DNA of 64,000 nt from NCBI RefSeq assembly GCF_009914755.1, contig NC_060930.1, one strand, 5' to 3'. The translations under genes were made by a program, and so were the position numbers. Shown here one piece after another: positions 11,891-24,965 of the stretch (its first letter is position 1; the number at the start of each line of letters is the position of its first letter). The notes under the pieces were generated by a model. The model did not search any database, was not told the DNA's origin, and saw only the letters and a list, made by a program, of their open reading frames with translations. This stretch comes from the human T2T-CHM13v2.0 reference genome, Homo sapiens.

Positions 11891-14036
11891 TTTTTCAAAA
11901 TAATATTTTTTTTAAATCACAAAATTGATTGAGCTGTCTACCTACAAACAGAACTGTGTAATGGGTAAACAAATAATGAATCATCTTAAAATTACATACT
12001 TCACTTGAAGTTGAGTCTGAAGTTGAGTCAGTCCTAGAATGGCAGACCTCCACAGTCCTAAACCCTTTTCTCTGCACAGTTACAGTCCTAGATTCTGTTA
12101 CAGTAGAGCACTGAGGGAAATAAACATCTTCACATTTGTACTTGGTTAAATGGAATTAAAATGGTTTCATAGATGTTTAGTCTAATAAAATTTGTTTTTT
12201 TCTATGAACTATTTAATTTCATTAATTTTATATTTTACTTTGATATCAGATCTAGCTCCAAAGTAATGTAGAAAAACGTTTTTAATTTAATTGTAGAAAA
12301 AATATAGGGTTAAATATCAAAACTTATTTGGAACTCTATACAAAACATATTATATAAATATATGTAATTGCATTATCAATTTATGTTGATGGCAAAGTCA
12401 TGCTTTGTTAAAGATATCTCTTAATACTAGCACAGCATAAATATCTGTGAAAAGAATACTCTTTCAGGTTTATTGGAGAAACGTTAAAAATATTCACTTT
12501 TTCATTTATAAGATTATATACTGTCATATCTTGAAAGTCATTAATTTGGAGTTATCCTGGTCTAAGTAATATAGTACAAGAATAGTTTTTCTGGGTTTAG
12601 TAATGAGCAGATAGGGCCAAATAATTATGAATAGAACCTCACAAATTAGATACCCAAAATAAGGCACCCAGATTTCTAGTGAGTACCAGAACAAAGATGT
12701 CTGTGTTGGCACAGAGGCAGACAGCTTGAGGGATGTCTAACTGTACACTGTAGGATAATTTGCCAGGAGAGAATTTTGGGAAGATTTTGGTAAATAAGCA
12801 ATAGGCAGTGGGTAGTAAAGCCATACCTGTGGGAAGTAAAAATGTATGGCAATAACTGGGTAGGGTAGAAAATAAAAAATGGTTTGGCAGTAATTGAAAC
12901 TTCAGTAACCAAACTACAAGCATATCAATCAGCACAATTTTCCAGTTGGTAAAAAAGATTAAAAACATCAAGAGTTGTTGGAGAACAAGCGGACAAGAGC
13001 CTAGGTAGCAGAACAAGGGCAAAGTGGAGAGCTCAGTTAGGAATGCTTCCTTCCATTTATCTTGCCAAGGGAAAGGATCTTCATGTTCATGTGAGGCATG
13101 TGAAAGCCTCTGATTAATTACTTCTCATATTGAAACTTAAAGGGCTCTCAGAATAGAAAATAAAAAAATTACTTTTACTAGTATACTCTAGCACACATGT
13201 TCTTCTAATAATAGAACTGTACATGTACACATTATTGGAGCACCTCAAAACTTCCCCAGAAAAGTATCTACAAGCCAACTCATATTAAATCTTTGTTTCT
13301 TTTTACGTGGCAAACATGAAAATAACTTACTTGGCAAAGCACATTTAGCCCTTTGCTCTTTTCCAGCTGATGTTGCCTATGTTTCATTCAGGTGTCCTCC
13401 AAAGGTTACTTGCCTTTTCTTTGTAATCTAGCCATTTCATTAACAGAAGCAAAGATGCAAAAGTGCCCTACAAGGCTGGCCTCATTTCAAACGTTTACAT
13501 GCTATTTACAATCTCCCATATGTGCTGGAAAGCTGATGTTTAACAGCTTAAAAACATTATCCAAATTTTTGATGCTGTCAGTGTAACAAAGTGACAAATT
13601 CCTAAAGAAATTATTAAACCTCTCTCTCATTCTCTATGCAGTCTAAGAAATAGACCCAATTGATTTTGGATGTAAAAAACAAAAACAAAACATAACACCT
13701 TACCTGCTAATAAAACCTTCAGACTAGTTCAGACTCCTTCTGTACCCTTTTATCCTATGGCTGGTCTCCGTCATGTAATCTAGCCCGGGCTGGATCTTAG
13801 TGGATGCTGCTCATGACATTTTCTGCTTTCTCATGCATACTCTGAGTCTATGTCTGATTTCATACCGTAAGTTGAAATGTATGGTATGTATATGTACTGC
13901 TGAAGAACTCTCTTGTAAGCTAAGTTTCCCCCTTTACCATATAATTATAAACAAAGTATATTTTATCCTTAAAAATAGTCTTTAGTTGATAATCACATTT
14001 AAATGTGACCTAAAGTCGCTATTGACCCGACGGGAA

Positions 14037-14410
14037 TGATATGGTTTGGCTGCGTCCCCACCGAAATCTCATCTTGAATTGTAGCTCCCATAATCTCCGT
14101 GTGTCATGGGAGGAAAGAAGTAGAGATAATTGAATCATGTGAGCAGTTTCCCCCATCCTGTTCTTGTGATAGTAAACTCTAATGAGCTCTGACGGGTTTA
14201 TAAGGGGCCCCCCCCTTCTCAGGGAACTCATTCTTCGCCTTGCTGCTGCCATGTGAAGAAAGACGTGTTTGCTTCCCTTTTTGCCATAATTGTAAGTTTC
14301 CTGAGGCCTCCCCAGGCATGCTGAACTGTGAATCAATTAAACCTCTTTCCTTTATAAATCACCCAGTCTCCAGTATGTCTTTTTTAGCAGTGTGAGAACG
14401 GACTACTACA
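14037..14410 (+). mobile_element. THE1 (THE1C/D) solo LTR, MaLR
   Basis: TGATATGGTTTGGCTG...GAGAACGGACTACTACA, with 5-bp TSD GGGAA at 14032-14036 and 14411-14415. Confidence 0.95.
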
Positions 14411-14949
14411 GGGAATAAGAACAAATTTTACTGTGGAGAAAATAAAACCAGAAGCAGCTAGAGAACTGAAGCACATGTACTTTAGTTATTAAATCCTGAA
14501 TGCAGAGCCTCCAGGAAGGTTGCTGTGGAAGAGGCTATGATACTGGGTAGGTGTTTGAGTGAGCAATAGTAGTAGTAGGACAAGGCTAAGGAAAATGCTC
14601 TCATCCTCCAGGAGATGAGAAAGAGTGGCTCACCTTTAGAAGAGTAGAAAAGACCAGGAGAACGGCACCTGCGAGGGATTATGAGTGGCCAACATCCATC
14701 AATAAAATGCTTTGACATGAGTGGTGCTGGGAGTTTCTTGAGGAAAAAAAGGACAGGGGACTTTAGATTGTTTTGTGTAAGTCGTTGTAAGTCTTTGATA
14801 TAGAGATTTGCCTGCTCCTAATTTGAGGATACACAAAACACGCAGAAGCATAAATGTTGAATGAAGAGGAGAAAACACATTTTCCTCGGTAAAGAGATAA
14901 AGAGGAAAGAAATCCTAGTGGGCTTTTAAATGCCTTTATGTGTACCTGT

Positions 14950-16190
14950 GACTTTGTGTACCTCACTTTTAGCTGAGATGCCTCAAAATAGCTGTCAATT
15001 ATCTTTAAAAAACAGAGGAAGGCACTCAATGACTTTTGAAGGCTTTGGAAAAACGGTGGCTATAAACAAGTTTTGTGCCCCTTGTCCACCCACCAATTGG
15101 AGGATGTGAAAAGGTTAACATCAGAGAGACCACAGGAGTTTGAAACTTGAAGAATATCTTTAGAGAGTATTGTCTGTGTTCTGTGAGTACCTTAAACTAT
15201 GGAAGAGGGATAGTGTTCCATCCCCATAGCAAACCAAACTGGGGAGGAAGGGATGTCAAAAAACCATTCACTGTGTTTCCTGTATCTGTTGGAATTTTTA
15301 TAAAAGGGTGGATAAATGTCTAACTCACATCTAGAAATATAAAGGGTAAGAAACAGTGACTGAAACTACTACCATATGCAAAATGAAAAGAGGGTTGAAT
15401 TTAGCAAGAAACCGTACTTCTACCAGAAGCATGGTCCAACATTATGTGATTCTTCTGGACCCAATAGGAAACTCTAAAACAGAGAGAAAGGAGGAGAAAC
15501 AGGTTTGTGCTGTCCTAGATCCTGGCTAAGAGGTTCACTGGTTCACTTGCAGGGTTAATGAGACCCTATCAAAGAGTTTCTGTAAACTTCTGTGTGGAGG
15601 TTGTCAGCTGGCTAGGGTGTTCTCAACCCATTTTGAGAACTGCTGGTGAGACTCACTAATGGAGGAGGGAATGTTCCTTAAGAAACCACAAAAATGCTCC
15701 TATGAGTCAGCTTTGTCTCATCACAAATGAGTCAGAAACACACTTTAGAGTTATGTCTGTAAAGTAAGACTTTTTTTCTGTCATATTAATTGTTTTTCTA
15801 CTATTACCAACTATAGAAGGGCCAGAGATCAGGTAACACTAGGTAAACAAAAATAAAATAATCCAGCCAAGCATTTTTTCCCATTATAGACTTCTTCTCT
15901 GTAGGGGGCCTGAGCTACAGAAGGGGGAACTTGATTTTGAGTGGGGTTTGCATTTTGATTATAATATTGAGTTGTATATAAATATTAATGAATTAATACT
16001 GTAGAGGATAAATTTACTTCAGAACATTTTTATGACTTGAGAATGACAAAAAAAAATTCTGTTTCATTCTAGTGGGTGAGAGACTGGATATGCACATTGA
16101 GTCAGGAGAAAAGATTTAGTACAACATTTTAAAATTTTTTTCCCTGAAATTTTTACTTGTCCAGTGAACCACTTAGCTTTGCTACGGGGT
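14950..16190. mobile_element. Possible ancient LTR (LTR78-like)
   Basis: gtttgcattttgattataatattgag..tttttatgacttgagaatgac resembles recalled LTR78-family sequence. Boundaries are very uncertain. Confidence 0.35.
15684..15734. promoter_or_regulatory. RUNX motif plus two AP-1 motifs
   Basis: AACCACA at 15684-15690, TGAGTCA(GC) at 15703-15711 and TGAGTCA at 15728-15734. Confidence 0.45.
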
Positions 16191-16267
16191 ACTGTAAACT
16201 TCATAGCACATACAAAATTATTTACTTCAATATCATTTCTTGGAACTTAAAACTCTCAGAACTCTGG

Positions 16268-17092
16268 TGTATCAGTTAGGATTTGATCAGGAAAAGAGAA
16301 GCCACGAGGTAAGAAAGAGTCCAATCCCAGAAATTATGGGTATTAAAAGAAAAACTTTAACAAATTAACTTAGCCAAGTTATTTGAGCAGAGATACAATT
16401 CATGAATCAGAAAGTTCCCTAAACCATTAAAGGATCAGAGACCCTCATCCAGCAATGCGGACAGGCAATATTTATTGACAGAAAACGAAGTGACATACAG
16501 GAATAGCCTGATTAGTTACAGCTCAACATTTGCCTTATCTGAACATGTCTGAGTAGTTTTCAGCCTGTGACTGACTTAAAGCTAAGTTGCTATGGTTGGC
16601 CTAGACTTTGTTACTTGTTACAAGAATACACTCTCAAGTTGCAGTTTGCTTACATATTAGGTTAGGTTACAGTTTGCTATGTACAGAGGCAGATTTAAGC
16701 CAAATTTAATTTAGTTTATCAGAAAAATTGAATGTCATGGAAGTGATGGAGAAGTGAAAGTCAGGTATCTCAGCTGCATCTGGTGGGTTTCAAAAGCTTG
16801 CCCAGAAGTCACTGGGAATTTTTTGACTCATGAGGGGCTACCACAGATTATTTCAGTCTGCAACACCAACAGAAGTAATTCTTAAGAAGCACCATCTTGC
16901 TATCTCAGCTACTTAGAGTACTAAAGTGGATGATTCAAGGAGCTTGCCCATAGATATGCTTGAAGCTGCAAGAATTACGGCTGCTCCTTCTATTCTGCCT
17001 TCCAAACTGCACAAGTGCCTCATTGACAGACTCTAACACAGAACTACAAAGGGCAGAAAACTCAAAGAAAGGTTCTTCTTGAAAAGGGTGAC
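16268..17092 (-). mobile_element. Ancient ERVL LTR (LTR33/LTR16-like) interrupted by a MER57-like LTR
   Basis: tgtatcagttaggatttgatcagg at the left end; ctgccttccaaactgcacaagtgcctcattgacagactctaac near the right end. Confidence 0.4.
16341..16721 (-). mobile_element. MER57/MER93-group ERV1 solo LTR
   Basis: tattaaaagaaaaactttaacaaatt...gttaggttacagtttgctatgtacagaggcagatttaagccaaatttaatttagtttatca. Confidence 0.7.
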
Positions 17093-19763
17093 AATGATTC
17101 CAAGTTCCCAACCAATAATGCAGCACATCTAATTTGGCACTTCTTATTTTGTCCCTTTTCCCTTATGACTTTTTTTGTAGTAACATATTTTACTATTTTA
17201 CTGCTATTATGTTGCTCTTGAAGTCAGGAGTCATAGTGATTCAATCACTTGTTCACTTATCCATGCAGCATATAATGAGAGCTTTGACTATTTTTCAGTC
17301 TCTCAGGCTCTGAGCACAAGGAGTGATAAGATGCAACTACCCAGAAGTATAGTCGTATCATTCACACTTATTTGCAATGAGAAACAGTCAAGTGTTTACT
17401 GAGAGTCCATGAATGAATAAACATATAAATACACATTTTTCATATGTGGACAGTAAGCAGTCCTTTATCTCTAGGACAACAGAATGTTGTATCTAAAGGA
17501 AGACTTTAAGAAGATATTTGAAGACGAGGTGCTGCCATTGATGTGTTAAATGTACAAACTAAAAAATTGGGAACATAAATTGAAGTATGCGGTGCTTTTC
17601 TTGTGCTACACAAAAACGAGTGTTCAATTTCAGTTGGTAATGCTTATTATATGAAGTTTTGAAACATAGTTTCATTTTATGTATTTTTTAGGGCAGATAT
17701 CACCATATATCACACATAGAAGCATATATGAAACATGCTTATCACTCAGGGAATTATGAATTGAATAAGCCATACCAAGTTCTTACCACCTCTAACTAGT
17801 GTTAGAATGTAGAAAAGAACATAAACTGAGACTTAAAGGGGCAGTGGAGTGGGGTGGGAAGAAATTCTCAAAGTCCAACCTGCATCCAGAGTAAGTAAGT
17901 TTGTTAGATGAAGGGAATCCTAGGTGGTGTTCGAAGACAAATTGAATGTATCTGTATGGTCTTTTGTGAAACCAGTTTGATAAACAATTTCCTGATAATC
18001 CCAAGGCCTCCTGAAATCTCTCAAGCATATGAAATTGGGGAATCCGGGGGCAAGACTGAGCAGGAGGTGTATGGCCCCCAGTAATAGCTCTCATCTACAT
18101 TATGTAGCTCTGACTGACTCTGAGCTGAATTACTGTTTTCTTCACATATTCAGGTCTTTTTGTTTTCAAATATACTCGATCGCTGAAGGTTAAAAATGTA
18201 AAGCACAATTTGTAAATAAAACAGATGTCAAAGGAAAGTACAAAATATCATTAAGTGTATCTGAATGCCAAGTTCTCCAGGTGACAGCAATGTGAAGTGC
18301 ACAGTTAAAGATGAAAAGAAAATAGCTCAGTTATTTGGGTGATCAAAAGAATATCTGGATGATTAATTACATATTTGAAACTTGAAGACATTTCTTTTGT
18401 TTCATTTTCTTTTGTCTTTTCAAAAGAAAAAAATGTCAAGGGTTGATATGTCATTTTAGTTAAGGTTTATGAGCTGTTTTTTTTTTCCCCCTACAGGTGA
18501 AATCATTAACAGTTTTAGCATTTAAACAGAGCTATTTGAGCTTACAACTAAATCCTCTTGGCATGAAAGCTCTTGTTTTGCTACTCATGGTTTTAGTCTT
18601 CCTAGAAGCTGATTGATTAAAACCAATGTGCTCAGAGAATTCAAAATAAGAAAGAATACAAGTAAGAATAACTTTTGACAATGTAGGCTAAGTCAGCCAG
18701 TTTGTTTCATTTATGTCGCCTTTCTTCTTCACACTTTTTACCTGATTAAATCCCATTTTCACTTTGTGTTTATTTGTTTCAATTTGATTAGAGTTTCTGA
18801 AATGAATACTTAGATTCAAATAACTATCCATAAAGCCATGTGACTGTAGGATTTTAATTCATATATTAGTACTCGCATACACAATTATTAACAAATCAGG
18901 AAATTTCTACATTTCCCTTGAAGCAAGATACTGTATATTTAGTAAAATTCCTTGATAAATACTTGGAATGGAAGACACAACACCCATGTGGTAAAAGTTT
19001 TCTGGTTCCAAGGTTTTAGCAAGGAGGACATAAACTATTCTGTGTAAAAAGAGGAGGATGAAAATTTGTTTGCTTCTTGAGAGAGGAATGGGTGTGATAA
19101 AAGATAATAAAGAAAGAAAGGACTCAGGAAAATGAAGAGATGATTTGAATAGGCCAAGTGGAACTCCCTGAATGATGAATATCCAAAATTCAGATTTAGA
19201 ATGGTGGTAAGATTCTTCTACTTGATATTTGTCATGTTCAATCAAAGCACTTCCTCCTTCCTCCCTCCCATCTGAAATCTTTAGAAAAACCATCCATTTA
19301 AAAAGTTTAGCCAAAATACTGAAATTGAAATTTTATCTATATAAATAAGAGATTTTGATGATTGAATAATTGTTTGGTTATTTCTCCTTTTAGTATTTAT
19401 AACTTCTGATTTTCCAGTCTATGGTTTTACATTTTGTATTTTTGTACTTTTTACTTATCATCCAGGAAACATGCTGAAATAAATATGGAGCTAAAGATCA
19501 CACATATTAACAGCTTAACTCTCTGAGATATCACCATAACCAATGCTAATAACTTATCTTCTTTCAATTTGTAGATAAGAAATACATGCTTTTGTCCATA
19601 TACACACAGAACAAATATTCTTTGATATATAGATATATTTTTTTGCCATGATGATCTTAATTTTTACATATAAAATGTTTGTAAAATAATTCCACATGTT
19701 TGAACTCAGCTATAAATTTAAAATCCATTCAAAGTTAAAAACTTTAAGATAAAAATTAAAATG

Positions 19764-21132
19764 TCTTATAAATTTGTTTAAATTCCTTATAGATGCTGGA
19801 TATGATAACTTTGACAGGGGCATAGTTTGCAAATATTTTCTTTCTGTAGGTTGTCTATTTCCTCTGTAGATAGTTTCTTTTGCTGTGCGTAAGCTCTTAA
19901 GTTTAATTAGATCCCATTTGTCAATTTTTGCATTTGTTGCAATTGCACTTGGCATCTTTGTCATGAAATCTTTGTCTGTTCCTATGTCCAGAATAGTATT
20001 GCCTAGGTTGTCTTCTAGGGTTTTTATAGTTTTGGGTTTTCCATTTAAGTTTTACTCCATCTTGTGTTGATTTTTGTGTATGGTAAGGGGTCTAGTTTCA
20101 ATCTTCTGCATATGGCTAGCCAGTTATCCCATCACCATTTATTGTATAGGGAGTCCTTTCCTCATTGCTTGCTTTTGTCAACTTTGCCAAAGATCAGATG
20201 GTTGCAAGTGTGTGGCCTTATTTTTGGGCTCTCTATTCTGTTCCATTGGTCTATGGGTCTATTATGGTACCACCACTTAAAAGTGGGCAAAACACATAAA
20301 CAGACACTTTTCAAAAGAAGACATACACATGGCCAACAAGCATATGAAGAAAAACTCAATACCCCCAATTATTAGAGAAGTGCATATCAAAACCACTATG
20401 AGATATCGTCTCACAGCAGTCAGAATGCTATTAATAAAAAGTCAAAAAACAACAGATGCTGGTGAGGTTGTGAAGTAAAGGGAAACTCATATACTGTTGG
20501 TGGGAGTGTAAATTAGTTCAACTATTGTGGAAAGCAGTATGGCAATTCCTCAAAGAGCTAAAAGCAGAACCACTATTGGATCCAGAAATTTCATTGCTGG
20601 GTATATACCCAAAGGAATCTAAATCATTCCACCATGAGGGCACATGCACACAAATGTTCATTGCAGCACTATTCACAAGAGCAAGACATGAAATCAACCT
20701 AAATGCCCATCAATGACAGACCGGATAAAGAATACATGGTACATATACACAATGGAATACCATTCAGCCATTAAAAAGAATGAAATCATGTCTTTGTGGG
20801 AACATGGATGGTGCTGGAGGCCATTATCCTTAGCAAACTAACGCAGGGACAGAAAACCAAATACCACATGTTCTCACTTATAAATGGGAGCTGAATAATG
20901 AGAACTGATAGACACAAAAGGGGGGCAATAGACACTGGGGACTACTTGAGGGTGGAGGGTGGGAGGAAGGAGAGGATCAGAAAAAATAATACTTGGTACT
21001 GGGCTTAGTACCTGGGTGATGAAATAATCTGCATAGCAATCCCCTGTGATATGAGTTTACCTATACAACAAACCTGCAAGTATACTCCTGAACCTAAATT
21101 AAAAGCTTAAAAATAAAAATAAAAATAAAAAA
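19764..21132 (+). mobile_element. 5'-inverted (twin-primed) old L1PA (about L1PA13-16)
   Basis: 19764-20272 is antisense ORF2 ([12 protein letters not shown] in the ORF track); 20273-21132 is the sense ORF2 end, 3'UTR and A tail. The two pieces are nearly contiguous in L1 coordinates. Confidence 0.9.
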
Positions 21133-21855
21133 CAGTGACAACACCAAAGACTGATGAGGATGCAGGGAAATTAAATCAGTCATACACTTCTGGTAGGCAT
21201 GTAAACAGGTACAGTCACTCTGTAAAACAGTTTGCCAATTTCTTAAAAAACTAACCATGCAACTACCATATGATCCAGAAATTGTACTCCTGGGCATTCA
21301 AACCCAGAGAAATGAAAATTTGTGTTCACACAACCACCTGTACACAATCTTTATGGTAGTTTTATTTGTAATAGCAAAAAAATACTGGAAAAAAAACCTC
21401 TAATATCATCTGTAGACTATTACTCAACAAATAAATGGAACAAACTATTAATAGAAGTGATAACCTAGATAAATATTCAGAAAATTATGCTAAGTGAAAA
21501 AAGCAAATCCTAAAAGGTTACATATTGTATAATTCCATTTATATACTGTTTTTGAAATTATAAAATTATAGAAATCGAGAACAGAATAGTGATTGCCAGG
21601 GTTTAAGGAGAGAGCTAGGGGTGGGAGGAAAATGATTGTGACTATGAAAGGTCAACAGGAGGGATCCTCGTGGTGATAGGAATGTTTTCTTTATTAGCTT
21701 TATCAATGTCAATATACTGGCTGACATTCTACTATAGTACTGCATAACATTACCACCTGGGGAAATTGGTTAAAGACTATGTTGAATCTCTGTATCATCT
21801 CTTACAATTGTGTGTGAATCACAATTATCTCAAAGTAAAAAAGTTTAATTTAAAA
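21133..21855 (+). mobile_element. L1MD-type 3' end
   Basis: caacaggagggatcctcgtggtgataggaatg..gtgaatcacaattatctcaaagtaaaaaagtttaatttaaaa. Confidence 0.8.
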
Positions 21856-23599
21856 CAATATTTTAAAATTAAATAGACCTAATTTATTCATTTAAAAAAA
21901 TTATATATTTTTTCCAGACTTAAAATATAGATTATGACCAAATTGTTACATATTGACCATTTAACATAGGTTGTACCATCTCTGTTACATTATTATGTAT
22001 GTATACAATATGACTACATTTCAATAGTTTTTAAATTTTGTTTTCTGAATTTCATCACTTCTGAAATTTTACCACACTGCCTGATCATCTTTGGAAATAG
22101 GGAAAAAGAGAAAGTAGATTAGGAGTGAGATGTGAAGGCAATGGATATTATTGACATTTCTATTCTTCTGTTTAGGTTTCTAAATCAATTGAAGGAATTA
22201 AATGACATATAATCAAGTATTTAATGGCCTGAGACTTGGAGGCATGTTTCCCAAAATCCAGACTTATGTGCCACTATTTATTAGTAAAGATTCTTCTTAA
22301 AGCAAGGCTAATACTGAGTTGCATAATTGTGTTGACTTACGTACTGTTAAATTCTAAGTGATCCAACAGGTTATATTTCAGACTACCATCTATACAAAAC
22401 AGAGCACAGAGAGCAGATTCCATACTGTGGATCATAGTTTTAGAATATTTAGTAATCCTTTGAGTAAAGAAAAAAAATTCTTAAAACATTTCTTTCTGGT
22501 GACATTTTGAAGCCTTTTGCAGGAGATAAATAGAAATATCTAGATTAAAAGGAAATAACTACAACAAGTTCAAAGCTAAATATAGAGATTTACTGAATAT
22601 TTCCACAGTCAACAAATGTTTTCACATTTGAAACAGAAACATATTTAATGAGAGCTCCTGGGCTTAATATATGGCCAAAGTTCTATTGCCTGTTTTAAAT
22701 AACAACCAAAACAGGAATAGAAAAATGGAAATGAGTAAAGCAAAATGGAAGTTGATATGCCAGGCCTAAGGGCCTTCTTCTGTTCCTTTATATTCAATGC
22801 TTTTAATAAAAAGAGAAAATGCCTGCATGTCAACTTTTGCAAATAAAAATATATGGGTTTTTAGCAGTCCTACCAGTAGGATTTCAGAGGCATTCTTATT
22901 TCTCTGACCATATACATTCTGAAACACTTTATTGTTCACACGACTATCCTTGATATCTTGATATCTTAGGTAAACAAGCTGTTTTTCTTTCTCTAAAACA
23001 AAGCAATGTTTTTGAACTATGGGTACAATTCAATGAAATATGACCGAAATAAATGCTTAGGGTAAATTAAGAAAGAAACTTTTGTTTATTATTTTAATAT
23101 TTCCTACATACAAAAATAACATATAGTAAGCACATCTTATTTTATATATGATATTTAATAAGGAACCATAAATAAAAAATAAAATTTAAAGGAAACCCAA
23201 AGTATATGTTTTTTGTTATACAACATTTTACCTATAGCTCCAATAGAAAATATAGAAATTTTTGAAAATTTTAAATGTAAAGACAAGGGAAAAAGAGAAA
23301 TCACAGGAGAGTACCAATTTACTTAAAAGTTATCATTTAGAGAAAAACATTCCGTTTGCTTAAAAATTGAGAATTATTTCATTTGGAGCATCATTACACA
23401 AGACAGACTTCTATATATAAGTATATCACATATATATGGATGTAAGTATACATAGACTCACAGAACCACTGTCCCAGGTTCTGTAGAAAATTAGGTCATA
23501 TGGTGAAATATGAATTCAATTACAACATGTCAGCAATTTGAATGACTCTAAGAAATAATCTGGAATACATTTTTCCAAAGTTTGAAAATTGATTGCGGT

Positions 23600-24965
23600 A
23601 TATTTCATGTTCCTCCAGGTTTTCACTTTTACCACTCTCTTTCATGCATTGACAGGTATTCTTGTTTTATTCCTCCCAGAATCTCCTCCCCTATATCATT
23701 TATCTACCAGGGACTTCTCAGTCCTCTTTTCACTTCCGCATCACTGCATGTTCCTTTATCTCCTTTTCTGTTACAATCTCTTATTACATAGTCTCCTTTA
23801 TGGCTCTCAATTCCAGGGTTCTTCTATTCTTTTTTCTCCCTCATGACCTTACCCACTTCTTTAGAGCCAGTAGCCTAGTAGGGGGCTCTGTCCAGATGTT
23901 CCACGTGGATTCAAATTCATATGGTAACATTTAACCATTATTTCTCTCCTGGAATGTGTTTTGCTTTGAATCTTTTATCTTAATTTATGTCAAACATTGA
24001 ACTAGTCATTCATGTCAAAAATCTTATTTTTCTATTCCCATTACTTATTTAGTACCAAGTGCTTTCACTTTGAACACTGTCTTAAAAATGTCTCCTCCCA
24101 CCAATCTCAGCCACCTTAATCAGCCCTCAGCAACTCTAATTACTCCTGGGTAATTTAATGAGGAAATAGCTGCTACCAGCCACTTTTTATTTTGTCTTCT
24201 TCAGTCCATTTGTGTATTGCCACTCTACAGAGCCTTCTAGAATAACAGTCTGGTCATGTTACAGATTTGGTGAAAATCTTACAACGCTGCTTTATCAAAT
24301 CTGTTCTATTGAAAAATTGTTCTATCATCAAAAAGATATGGAAATTTGTGTTAAACAATAAATAATTTTCTTATATTACAATGTTTCTAAGAAATGGAAT
24401 ATGTTTTCTCTTTCCTAGAGCAAGACATACAATGGTATACAGAGTTTTTTGAATCTATTAGATCCTAAAACGGTTTATATGTATCCTCCCATAAAACACT
24501 ACACAGAACCAGTGTTCCCTAGGGCACATTTTGGAAAACTTAGGTCAGGATTAAATCTGACATGCTTTGTATGTACAAAGAAGGCTCTGAACAAAGTAAT
24601 CCATGCCTAACTCTTTGTGTCCTACTCATGTACATCATTCAATGGCCTGGCCTCAACAAACTTTGTAGTTCTCCAAGTATGCCACAACTCTCTTTTTCTT
24701 CTTTGGTTAAAATGCTTGACTTCCTATTAGCAGTCTGTTGAATGTCTGTGTATTATGATATACCAATTCATACACAATCTTCATTCTTGATCATATCTTG
24801 ATATATTCCTCCCTCTAGTGAAAGTGGTCATTATCCCATTTGTACCATTCTCCCAGACTTAATTGTGAAGATGAGAACGAGATTAATCATCTTTTTCATC
24901 CATATACTCTAGTGGAGTCCCAAGAACATTGACATTAAATAAATGCTTTTTCATTAAGTAAATGA
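23600..24965 (+). mobile_element. Degenerate L2, probably interrupted by a hAT-Charlie MER at about 24285-24542
   Basis: Pyrimidine-rich L2-like body (tctggtcatgttac, aattgtgaagatgagaacgagatt..aaatgctttttcattaagtaaatga); MER-like end gtgttccctagggcacattttggaaaact. Confidence 0.5.

Noticed and set aside
12639-13022. 127-aa hydrophobic minus-strand ORF (similar ones at 18907-19314 and 63316-63819)
   Set aside because: Leu/Phe/Ser bias comes from pyrimidine-rich strands of non-coding or repeat DNA; non-ATG starts or no splice support, and no recognisable domain.
13700-13872. Donor-like sites on both strands (minus CAG|GTAAGG near 13703; plus ACC|GTAAGT near 13867)
   Set aside because: No convincing paired acceptor and only a short pyrimidine tract; likely background.
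13993-14008. 16-bp perfect palindrome tcacatttaaatgtga next to the THE1 LTR
   Set aside because: About one such palindrome is expected by chance in 64 kb of AT-rich DNA.
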